A stretch of DNA of 64,000 nucleotides. Source: Malacoraja senta. Its lineage: Eukaryota. A program made the position numbers and the translations under genes. Below, piece after piece: positions 41,731 to 52,836 of this stretch (position 1 is the first letter of the stretch; every line of letters starts with the position of its first letter). Below the pieces are notes generated by a model. That model worked only from the letters and a program-made list of their open reading frames with translations, was not told where the DNA came from and did no database searches. The stretch is taken from positions 26,352,001 to 26,416,000 of the forward strand of contig CM075987.1 of NCBI GenBank assembly GCA_038087875.1, read 5' to 3'.

Positions 41731-42871
41731 TCAACAGAGTTTGGTGGTGAGCAGGTCGGCCCGCTTGAGGACCTCGGAGTTGTAGATGTCCAGGGCGTGG
41801 TTGATCCTCATCACCTCGCTGCTGTTGAGCTTCAGCCGATGCTTGAGCATACAGGAGAAGAGGTCCAGCTGGGATTTGCCCGTGGCCACTGGTGGGGCCA
41901 GCCGGTTGATACGCTCCCGGATGTCCAGGAGCAGCAGCATGACGGAGGACGAGGAGTGGAAGGGGCTGCCCTGGGCGTACGACTGGTTGACCTGCTGCAC
42001 CACGCTGCGCAGGAGGTCCGTGTTGAAGCGCAGGCTGTAGCCGTAAACCTGCACGTCCGAGATCTTGATGTAGATCTGCCGCTTGCTGGGGTCGGACAGG
42101 TCCACCGGCCCCTGGGCCGTCTCGTTGCGCAGGGCCGCCGGCAGCTTGGCGCGGGTCCGCAGATAGACGTGGACGGTCTCGAACACCGTCTTCCAGCGGT
42201 TGCCCAGCAGCAGGGTCCAGTTGTGGCAGGGAGAGTCGCGCAGTCTCGTTTTCTCCCAGCTGGGGTAGCCGTACTCGCCGATCGGCGTGTTCCACCCCTC
42301 CGAGTGGCTGCCGCTGAAGGGGTTAATGTAAACAAAAAACACCGGGTCCAGGCTGCTGTTCCTCATCTGGCAGATCTTCATGGACAGGCCCACCACCATG
42401 TGGATGAAGTCCACCCGGTTCTTGTTGCTCTTCAGCGTCAGGGACATGCGCTTCCTCCAGCGCGGGTCGAAGAAGGTGTCCAGCCTGATCTCGTTGCTGA
42501 TGAACATGGTCTGGATGGACAACCTGGAGTCCTTCTTGGCCAGGAGGTAGTTCAGCTCCAGGTCGTGGAAGTCCAGCTCCGTCTCGAAGCTGACGAACTG
42601 CTCGCTGCGCTCCGAGTCCACGTTCTGCGGCTCGCAGCGGCCGCGGTACAGCTTGTAGCCCCGGTTACACGACCCGCACAGGGAGATGTTGGCCAGGCTG
42701 CACATGGCGCAGCTGCTGTTGCTGCCGATGTTGCAGGGGATGGCTCGCTGACACACGCTGGCCACCGCGTGGCACACGCACGTCTTCTGGCTCTCCAGGA
42801 AGGTGCCCCAGTAACCGTTCTCGCTGCAGTACAAAAATGACTGGACCCGATTCAACCACTGGTGCACGGAC
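41731..42871 (-). CDS. BRINP1: BRINP1 last coding exon (C-terminal ~380 codons, ends ...ADLLTTKLC*)
   Basis: Translation ([28 protein letters not shown]...[24 protein letters not shown]...[15 protein letters not shown]) closely matches vertebrate BRINP1 as recalled. Acceptor ttttctgtccctgcAG|G at 42873-42872; TGA at 41733-41731; phase joins the preceding exon (AG|G=Arg). Confidence 0.97.
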
Positions 42872-42916
42872 CTGCAGGGACAGAAAACATCGACGTCAAC
42901 ATCTTGCATCTGACTT

Positions 42917-43930
42917 AGAGTCACAGAGTCACAGAGTCACAGAGTCACAGAGACACAGAGACACAGAGACAGAGACACAGAGACAGAGTCAGTGTCACAG
43001 AGTCACAGAGTCACAGAGACACAGAGACACAGAGACACAGAGACACAGAGACAGAGACACAGAGACAGAGTCAGTGTCACAGAGTCACAGAGTCACAGAG
43101 TCACGGAGTCACAGAGATACAGAGTCACAGAGACACAGTCACAGAGTCACAGTGTCACAGAGTCACAGAGTCACAGAGATACAGAGTCACAGAGACACAG
43201 TCACAGAGTCACAGTGTCACAGAGTCACAGAGTCACAGTCACAGAGTCACAGTGTCACAGAGTCACAGAGTCACAGAGTCACAGAGACACAGAGTCACAG
43301 AGACACAGAGTCACAGTGTCACAGAGTCACAGAGTCACAGAGACACAGAGACACAGAGTCACAGTCACAGAGTCACAGTGTCACAGAGTCACAGAGTCAC
43401 AGAGTCACAGAGACACAGAGACACAGAGTCACAGAGACACAGAGACACAGAGTCACAGAGACACAGAGTCACAGTGTCACAGAGTCACAGAGTCACAGAG
43501 ACACAGAGATACAGAGACACAGAGTCACAGAGACACAGAGACACAGTCACAGAGACACAGAGTCAGAGACACAGAGTCACAGTCACAGAGACACAGAGAC
43601 ACAGAGACACAGAGACACAGAGACACAGAGACAGAGTCACAGAGTCACAGAGACACAGAGTCACAGTGTCACAGAGTCAGTGTCACAGTCACAGAGTCAC
43701 AGAGACACAGTCACAGAGTCACAGAGACACAGAGACACAGAGACACAGAGACAGAGACACAGAGACACAGAGACACAGAGACACAGAGACACAGAGATAC
43801 AGAGACAGAGACACAGAGACACAGAGAGACAGAGACACAGAGACACAGAGACACAGAGTCACAGAGACACAGAGACACAGAGACACAGAGACACAGAGAC
43901 ACAGAGATACAGAGACATAGAGTCATAGAA
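42917..43930. repeat. Octamer satellite (CACAGAGT/CACAGAGA)n, ~1 kb, in the last BRINP1 intron
   Basis: Direct reading; grades into the CATAGAAA tail of a minus-strand CR1 end at ~43915-44090. Confidence 0.97.
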
Positions 43931-44884
43931 ACATAGAAAATTGGTGCAAGAGTTGGCTATTCAGCCCTTCGAGCCAGCAACGCCATTCAATATGATCATG
44001 GCTGATCTTCCAAAATCAGCACCCCGTTCCTACTTTCTCCTGATATCCCTTAATTCCATTAGACTGAAGAACTCTATCTAACTCTCTCAAAATCATCCCG
44101 GACCTTGCATATTCTGAGCAGTTGACCCTAAATCACCCAAATGCAATAAAAAAAGTGCAGGTGCCGGTTTATACCAAAGCTAGACACAAAATGCCGGAGT
44201 AACTCAGCGGGTCAGGCAGCATCTCTGGAGAATGTGGACAGGCGCCATTTCTGTCACACGGTACCATGGCCATCACACACTGGCATACAACGTGGAACGA
44301 CTAACACTGGGGTGACTGAGTACCAAACAGGGCTAATTGTTGACCTGAGTTTTACCGGGCCAGATTGCTTTTCGCTCGAGTATATTAGGTTAAATAGTGA
44401 ATTTAGGATCATTATAAGGCTCAGCGGTACGGAAAGAAAGAGATTGCTTCCCCTGTGAAGGGGAGTCTAGAACAGGTGGGCATAGGTCAAAAGTGGAGTG
44501 TTCAGAGCAGGGACTTTCTCATGAAAACTTCCTGGAATCCTGAAACGATCCCTATGGAAAGCTGCTGGGGCAAGTAGAGAATGTTAAACTGAGATAGCTG
44601 GGCATGGACATTGAGAAGGTTAATAGATAAAGCTGCAGGCTGCGATGGACTTATTCAGGATCCTCCATCTGGTGAGTGGAATTTAAAAAAATCACAGACT
44701 GTTTTATATCCAAATGACTAGGCGGCGCAGCGGTAGAGTCACTGCCTCACAGCGCCAGAGACACGGGTTCAATCCCGACTACGGGTGCTGTCTGTATGGA
44801 GTTTGTACGTTCTCCCCGTGACCACGTGGGTTTTCTCCAGGTGCTCCGGCTTCCTCTCACACGCTCCGAAGACGTACAGGTTTG

Positions 44885-45211
44885 GAAACTCCAAGCCGCT
44901 GAGAGTGTTCTTCCTTTCCGAAGCCGGAGTCACATCATCCCGGCGAGAGGGCCTGAAACATCGGGCCGCCCGTGGCGGCGACTGTGGAGGCTTCAATAGG
45001 CCCTGACCATGGGTGAACAAGAGGAGGAGGACTGAACTTTGGTGCCTTCCCTCACAGTGGGAAACGTTGATTCCGCTTTGGGTGGGGGGGGGGGGGTTAT
45101 GTTAAATTCTATAGTGTTGTATTTATCTTATCTGTGTGCTGCATGGGTACTCAAATTTCACTGCACCAATCGGTGTATGTGACAATAAATGTCCTTTGTC
45201 CTTTGTCCTTT
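44885..45211 (+). mobile_element. Unclassified non-autonomous retroposon inserted in a SINE
   Basis: 8-bp TSD caggtttg (44877-44884 / 45212-45219); Rex1-type 3' end tgtgacaataaa(tgtcctt)3. Confidence 0.6.
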
Positions 45212-45354
45212 CAGGTTTGTAGGATAATTTGGCTTTGGGAAAAATTGTAAATTGTCCCTCGTGTGTGTAGGATAGTGTTAGTGTGCGGGGATCGCTGGTC
45301 GGTGGGGACTCAGTGATACGAAGGGCCTGTTTCCGCGCTGTATCTCTAAACTAA

Positions 45355-45911
45355 AGGCTCTGTCCCACGGGTTTGCGGTCATTGGCGGTGAAGCGCGGCG
45401 TCGGCGGAAGAGGGGACCGCACGGCAACCGCGAGAGCGCCGCACGGATGCTGCGCGGGGGCCGAGTGATCTCCGTACGGCCGGTTCCACGAGCTCGCGGC
45501 GTCGGGTGATGACGACATCGCGCAACGCGACGCACTACGCGATGACGTCATTTCGGATCGCGGGGCTGTGGCGGCGGTAGTGGTGATCGCGGAGCTTTGG
45601 CGGCGGTAGTGGTGATCGCGGGACTGTGGCGGCGGCTGTTGCGGCGGCCGTGCCGCACTCGTGCCTCACTGGCGGCGGCTGTGGCGGTGAAAGTTGGACT
45701 CACGGTGCTCGTGCCTCACTGGCAGCGGCTGTGCGGTAGGAAAAGATTTTTCGACATTGTTGTTTTTTTGTGAGCACCGTGCGGTGTTGGGACCAACACC
45801 GCACGGCCCCGGCAGTGTGCGTTTGACCGAACCCGCGGTCTCTGGCGGTCCACGAGCGGTAGATACTTCCTGTTTCACCGCCGATGACCGCAAACCCGTG
45901 AGACAGGCCTT
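45355..45911. mobile_element. Harbinger-type MITE, family F (GC/CpG-rich)
   Basis: TIRs tgtcccacgggtttgcggtcattggcggtgaa / ttcaccgccgatgaccgcaaacccgtgagaca; perfect TAA TSD within a SINE tail. Confidence 0.82.
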
Positions 45912-46789
45912 TAAACCTTCTCCTTCTTAATCTCAAATTGCCCTTGCATATATTAGCATTCATAAGCATGAACAATGAACAATTGTGTAAGAAAGAACTG
46001 CAGATGCTGGTTTAAATCGAAGGTAGACACAAAATGCTGGAGTAACTCAGCGGGTGAGGCAGCGTCTCTGGAGGGAAGGAATGGGCGACGTTTCGGGTCG
46101 AGACCCTTCTTCAGACTGAAGAAGGAACAATGACAAATTAATCTATATATTACATTCCCTCTCCCTCCTCCCTTGTCCCCATGAAAGCATCTTCTCTACA
46201 TCGAAATAAATTGGGATATAGTACTGAATCCAAACTTGTGCAGATGGTGAGTGAATTCTATCTCCAGCATCAAGGCACAGTCAATAAAGTTATTGTGGCA
46301 TTAATAATAGATTTATTAATGAAACCACTGGCTTTTGACCTCCACCGCAAGCAGTGAATAAAGCGAATGGCATGTTGGCCTTTATAACAAGAGGAATCGA
46401 ATATAGGAGCAAAGAGGTCCCTCTGCAGTTGTACAGAGCCCTAGTGAGACCACACCTGGAGTATTGTGTGCAGTTTTGGTCCCGATGTTGGGGGTGTCCA
46501 GAACCAGGGGTCACAGTTTCAGAATAAGGGTAGGCCATTTACGACTGAGATGAGGAAAAACCTTTTTTACCCAGAGAGTTGTGAAACTGTGGAATTAACT
46601 GCCACAGGAGGCCAATTCACTGGATGTATTCAAGAGTTGGATATAGTTCTGAGGGCTAATGGGAAATGGGGAGAAAGCAGGAACGGGGTACTGATTGGGG
46701 ATGATCAGCCATGATCACATTGAATGGCGGTGCTGGCTCGAAGGGCCAAGTGGCCTACTCCTGCACCTATTGTCTATTGTCTATTGTCC

Positions 46790-47060
46790 ATCGCAAGCAA
46801 TGGCTAACCCTGAACAGAATCCACACCCTCCATGCAAGAACAGTCCGTCACCTGCATCAGTGGGGGGTGACAGACAGCCCTGCTTGCGACTGCGGACATC
46901 CAGACCAGACCATCCCACACATCGTGAATGACTGCCTACTGAGGCTTTACCCTGGGGGCATCAAAGCCATCCACCCAGTAACTGATGCTGTCCTGGCCTG
47001 GATGTCTACCCTTGATCTACAACATTAGGCTGTGCTCGCCATACGCAAGAAGAAGAAGAA
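46790..47060 (+). mobile_element. Ingi/Vingi-like LINE 3' end
   Basis: RKQWLTLNR...LHQWGVTDSPACDCGHPDQTIPHIVNDC (CCHC-type finger)...LAWMSTLDL; tail gccatacgc(aag)n. Confidence 0.55.
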
Positions 47061-48285
47061 ATCTATTAAGCATAATAACATAAAAAATAAACGCAAGGAC
47101 AGGCTGTTCAGCTCTTTGTGCCAGTATCCAAAGTTCAATAAAACCTTGGCTGATTTTCTTTGCTCCATGGTACCTTTCTGAACTTCCTCGATTCCCTTTT
47201 GCAACAGACAGCAACTTTGCGTCTAGGAGAAGCTCTGGAGAAAAGTAATAGGTGACGTTTCAGGTTGAGACCCTTCCTGAGGAATAAGGAACATTAGCTA
47301 CTCTCTGGTCCTGGAGAATGGTCTCGACACGAAACGTCACCTATTCCCTTTCTCCACAGATGCTGCCTGACCCTTGCAGTTTAGGTTTTTAGTGATACAG
47401 CGTGGAAACAGGCCCTTTGGCCCAAGAAATCCGCGCCGACCAGCGATCCCCGCACATTAACACTATCCTACACACACACTGGGGACAATTTACATTTACA
47501 CCAAGCCAATTAACCCACAAACCTGCACGCTTTGGAGTTTGGGAGTAAACCGGAGCTACCCAGATTTAAAAAAACCACGCAGGTGACGGGGAGAACGTAC
47601 AAACGCTGTACGGACAGCACCCGTAGTCAGGATCGAAGCCCTGTCTCTGGCGCTGCAAGAGCTGTAAGGCAGCAACCCTACCGCTGCGCCACCGTGGCCA
47701 CCCATCGACCCGAAACGTCACCCATTCCTTCTTTCCAAAGATGCTGCCTGTCCCGCTGAGTTACTCTGGCATTTTGTGTCAATAAATTGCACCCTCTTCC
47801 CTGCCAAATTTCATGTAGCGTTCCCGCCAGGCAAGACACGATACGATGCTGGCAAATCTTGGGCTCCTAGGGTGTGGATGAGTAGATATATAACGGCAGC
47901 ACGCTACGGTAATAAGGTGCCTTATAGGACTTTGATTGTCCCAGCTGTAAATTACATTGACAATCCTGAACCATCGCGTCACTTCTTTCCCTTCCAATGT
48001 CTAAGATGTTGCTAATGGCAGATAAAAAGTTAGCTAGTGATTTTCTTCAATCTTCTCACTTGTGCCGTGACAGGACCAATCAACCATACGAATGCAGCAT
48101 ACGTTAGCTGGGTAAGACTATTAATGTGAACTTGATCAAATACGCTTCCTTTTCTTAATAAAGTTGTCTCCTTGAAATTATTTCCATTCGATCCATTTTC
48201 TTTTCATTTCTCACACTTGCAGTGGAGGCGCAGGGAATGTACGGGAATTTATTTAAACTGGTGATGAGGGGCTTGTCAAACATAA

Positions 48286-48816
48286 AGGGGCTGTCCCACT
48301 TGGGCGACCTAATTGGCGAGTTTAGTAGAGTTTGAACAAATGTCATGTTGAAGACCTCCTTCGACCATGTTGAAGACCTCCTTCGACCATGTTGAAGACT
48401 AGCTACGACTAGCTACGACTAACTTCGGGAAAATTGGACACAGAATTGTGGAGAGTGAAGACAACCTCCTTCGATCTCCTTCGAGCTCCCTTCGACTATG
48501 ATGAAGACTATCTATGACTACCCTCAACTGCCTACGACTAACATGCCGACCTACTACGACCTACTACGACTAAACCTATGAGTAAAAAAAGTATTGATTT
48601 TTTCCATGGCGACTTTCTTTTACTCGTGGGCATTTTTTAACATATTGAAAAAACGCCGTGACCTAGCGGAGGCCTCGAGTACGCGGAGACCACTCTCGAG
48701 CATGAAGGAGAGTTACAAAGACCTCCTAGGAACTCGTGTCGAACATGCTGCGAGTATGAGTCGAGGGCAAACTCGCCACAACTCGCAGATTAGGTCACCC
48801 AAGTGGGACAGGCCCA
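48286..48816. mobile_element. Harbinger-type MITE, family E (internal CGACT/CCTCCTTCGA repeats)
   Basis: TIRs ctgtcccacttgggcgacctaat / attaggtcacccaagtgggacag; TAA/TCA flanks. Confidence 0.8.
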
Positions 48817-50054
48817 TCAGGCAACCAAAAATCACCATTGTCTATTTCATTTGAAGATAGACACAAAAAAGCTGGAGTAACTCAGCGGGAGAGGCAGCAT
48901 CTCTGGAGAGAAGGAAATGGGTGATGTTTCGGGTCGAGATCCTTCTTCAGACTCGGGCCTGTCAACTCTATCCAAGTCTCTCGTTTCCCTCTACCCTGAC
49001 TCTCAGTCTGAAGAAGGGTCCCGACCGGAAACATTGCCTATTCCTTCTCTCCAGGGATGCTGTCTGTCCCGCCGAGTTACTCCAGATTGTTGTGTCTATC
49101 TTCAAATGAAATGGACAATGGTTGTCACCAAATCAGTTTTTTTTTCCTCACATTTGTAAGTACAGGAAGTCTGAAGATTGGTCTCGACCCGAAACGTCAC
49201 CTATTCCTTCGCTCCATAGATGCCGCCTCGCCCGCTGAGTTTCTCCAGCATCAAGTACAGGGAAGTCCTTTCACATTTTTAATTGAAAATGAAACTGGAT
49301 GTTTCATCATTAATAGATTACAGAGCGTTCAACGTTCTGGAAATCTCTGGAAATGATGAGCTATTTACTGCCTCCTGATGCGTGGTGCCATCATGATGGA
49401 TTCCAGGTCTAAGAAGCATTACAAGATGGACACTGTGTTTAAGAAGGAACTGCAGATGCAGGAAAAATCAAAGGTAGACAAAAATGCTGGAGAAACTCAG
49501 CGGGTGAGGCAGCATCTATGGAGCGAAGGAAAGGATGATGTTTCGGGTCGAGACCCTACTTCAGGCTGGTCTTCAGGTTTCTTCTTTCTTAACATCCCCC
49601 CCAACCCCATGACAAAAGGGGGAGGAGGAGTTGTCCAGTTTGATAGCCACAGGGAAGAAGGATCTCCTGTGGCGTTCTGTGCTGCATCTTGGTGGAACCA
49701 GTCTGTTGCTGAAGCAGCTCCTCAGATTGACCAGTGTGTCATGGAGGGGGTGAGCTGTATTGTCCAGGATGCTCCGCAGTTTGAGGAGCATCCTCCCCTC
49801 CAAGACCAACCTCCCGTGAATCCAACTCCACCCCCAGGACAGAGCCGGCCTTCCTGATGAGCTTGTTGAGTGGGATGTTAAGAAAGAAGAAGTCTGAAGA
49901 CCAGTGTGAAGAAGGGTCTCGACACGAAACGTCACCCTTTCCTTCGCTCCATAGATGCCGCCTCGCCCACTGAGTTTCTCCACCACAAGATGGAGAATGA
50001 TGACTGTGATAGAACAAGCCACTGGGCTCCCGACTGAGATTTTGCCGATCTTAC

Positions 50055-50277
50055 CTTTCTCGGGGCATTTGGTGGTTGGGGTTGTGTCGGCAATGGATGC
50101 TGAGACTGAAGAGCTTGCGGGCAGTACGCTGGATCTTCAACTTCAGCAGCTCCACTGTGCCCAGAAGCATCTTGTACCGTGCCTGGAGATCCCAGTCATT
50201 GCCCCAGTGCTGGTGGACACTGCCCATGGTCAGGAAATGAGTGGTGGGTAACCGCTTCAAGAATGACTTGAATTCAT
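50055..50277 (-). CDS. BRINP1: BRINP1 penultimate coding exon (223 bp; [35 protein letters not shown]...[13 protein letters not shown])
   Basis: Matches BRINP1 DEFKSFMKRLP...[11 protein letters not shown]...RHNPNHQLPRER. Acceptor ccattccttgcAG|AT at 50279-50278; donor AG|GTAAGA at 50054-50053; phases consistent with both neighbouring exons. Confidence 0.96.
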
Positions 50278-52375
50278 CTGCAAGGAATGGAGATATGTTC
50301 GTATTAGAAATGTCAGGCACATAGATGAAGAGCAATGGGACAAACCTTTGTCCAACTAATGTTTGCCAAGCATCCATTTACCCCAATCCTGCCCTCAGGA
50401 TCAACAAACTCACCAGGAAGGCCGGCTCCATCCTGGGGGGCGGAGTTGGAGTTGGATTCACCGGAGGTTGGTCTTGGAGGGGAGGATGCTCCTCAAACTG
50501 CGGAGCATCCTGGACAATACAGCTCACCCCCTCCGTGACGCACTGGTCATCCTGAGGAGTACCTTCAGCAACAGACTGGTTCCACCAAGATGCAGCACAG
50601 AACGCCACAGGAGATCCTTCTTCCCTGTGGCTATCAAACTGGACAACTCCTCCCCCTTCTGTCGTGGGGTAGACTGAGACTGACTCACCACCCCCCCCCC
50701 CCCCCCAATCTTTGCACATCCCCAATCCTTTCCACTTTAATTTAATGTTTCATGTATTTTGTGTTTTTTATGAATGTTGGCAGATCAATTTCCCTCCTGG
50801 GATAAATAAAGTTCTATGGTATCGTATCCCAGGTTAGTCTATTGTCATGTGTACCGAGGTACAGTGAAAAGCTTTTGTAGCGTGCTAACCAGCCCGCGGA
50901 AAAACAACACCTGTTATCATTTCCCTCACCGACTCGCGAAAAGCAACTTACAGTCAGCAATTAACCCACCAACCTGCAGATTATTAGTTTAGTTTCAGAG
51001 ATACAGCGCAGTAACAGGCCCTTCGGCCCAGCGAGTCCGTGCCGGCCAGCGATCCCCGCACACTAACACTATCCTACACGCACGAGGGACAATTTACAAT
51101 TTTTTACCAAAGCTAAATTATCTTACAAACCTGCACGTCTTTTGAGAGTGGGAGGAAGCCAGAGCACCCGGAGAAAACCCACGCGGTCACGGGGAGAACG
51201 TACAAACTCCGTACAGACAGCACCCGTAGTCGGGATATGAACCCGGGTCTCTGGCGCTGTGAGGCAGCAACTCTACCGCTGCGCCACCGCGCCGAGCAAC
51301 GTCTTCTGCCCCCTCCTCCATTGAAACATATAAGATTGTTAAGGGTTTGGACACGCTAAAGGCAGGAAACATGGTCCCGATGTTGGGGGAGTCCAGAAAC
51401 AGGGGCCACAGTTTAAGAATAAGGGGTAAGCCATTTAGAACGGAGACGAGGAAACACTTTTTCTCACAGAGGAGTGGTGAGTCTGTGGAATTCTCTGGTG
51501 GAGGCCGGTTCTCTGGATGCTTTCAAGAGATAGGGCTCTTAAAAATCAGGGGATATGGGGAGAAGGCAGGAACGGGGTACTGATTGGGATGATCAGCCAT
51601 GATCACATAGAATGGCGGTGTTGGTTCGAAGGGCCTATTGTCTATTGTCTATTGTCTATTGTCTCACCTCATTCTAGGTTCACAAAATGATACGACTGTA
51701 TCGCCGGCCTTTGCTGACGCATTCATAATTCTATTTATAATTCGGCCTGCATGGTAGGCGGGCGAGATGGGAAAACATTCAGGACAGAGTTATGGCTCTC
51801 ATTTCATTTCCGTCGTGCTTAAGGCTATGGTAAATCATGTCATCAGCACCGATAATTTATTGCCGTTCCACACCGATGTAACTGCGGCATTAACTCACTC
51901 GGAAGAACCACGGCCCCTGATTCTGCTGAAGTGACCTGAGGTGCAGTCTCCTGTCAAATTCTAAACCGCTGAAGCCTTCACATCCACCGAATGTTATTTG
52001 AGCTCCTGCCGACAAGTTAACTGGAACCAGGGAGTTATGAAGAGCTTGTCTGATTTATAATCCCCCACATCCCTTCGCTTGAGCCAATTTCTTTTTTCTA
52101 CCTGAATTTCAGCAATTGCAAGGTAATAAATTCCAACGGACGTTTTTTTATTTTTTATTATCGTGTCCACTTAATAACAGTGTTGTATCACCGGAATAGA
52201 GTGTACGTCATCATCAGTTTTTTTCTTTTAAGAAGGAACGACAGATGCGGGAAAATCGAAGGAAGACAAAAATTGCTGGAGAAACTCAGCGGGTGAGGCG
52301 GCATCTATGGGAGCGAAGGAAATAGGCAACGTTTCGGGTCACCCGAAACGTTGCCTATTTCCTTCGCTCCATAGA

Positions 52376-52836
52376 TGGGACCACGTCACCCCGATCCTGG
52401 CCTCTCTCCACTGCTCCCTGTGCGGTCCCGTATACATTTCAAGATCCTCCTCTATGTCTACAAAGCCCTCAACCTGCATCAAAAGTCTTCTCACCCACCA
52501 CTCCACCTCCAGGTCCCTCAGATCGGCGACTTGGGGTTGCTGAATATCCGCGGTCTAGGCATAAGCTCAGGGGCGACCTCGCCTTTGCGGTTGCAGCCCC
52601 TAGATTGTGGAACAGCATCCCCTTCCCATCAGAACTGCCCCCTCCATCGACTCCTTTAATCCGAGACTTAAAACTTATCTATACTCCCAAGCCTTTCTTG
52701 ACGTCCTCTGATTGAGGGCTACATGTTATATATGTTTGTAGTTTGTTTTGTTTATACTATTCTTATAACAAATGTAAAGCACTTTGGCCAACGAGAGTTG
52801 TTTTTTTAAATGTGCTATATAAATAAATGTGACTTG
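52376..52836 (+). mobile_element. L2 LINE 3' end
   Basis: DHVTPILASLH.LPVRSRIHFKILLYVYKAL...RSLRS; 3' end tgtaaagcactttg...tgtgctatataaataaa. Confidence 0.85.

Noticed and set aside
41728..42840. 370-aa ORF antisense to the BRINP1 exon and other overlapping frames
   Set aside because: Shadow ORFs expected from the high GC3 codon usage of the real exon.
42872..42924. N-terminal [17 protein letters not shown] of the 397-aa ORF
   Set aside because: Intronic: lies upstream of the AG acceptor at 42873-42872, and homology continues in the 50055-50277 exon.
42837..43936. ORFs of 222-363 aa (HRVTESQ/HRDTETQ repeats)
   Set aside because: Stop-free frames of the octamer satellite; no coding evidence.
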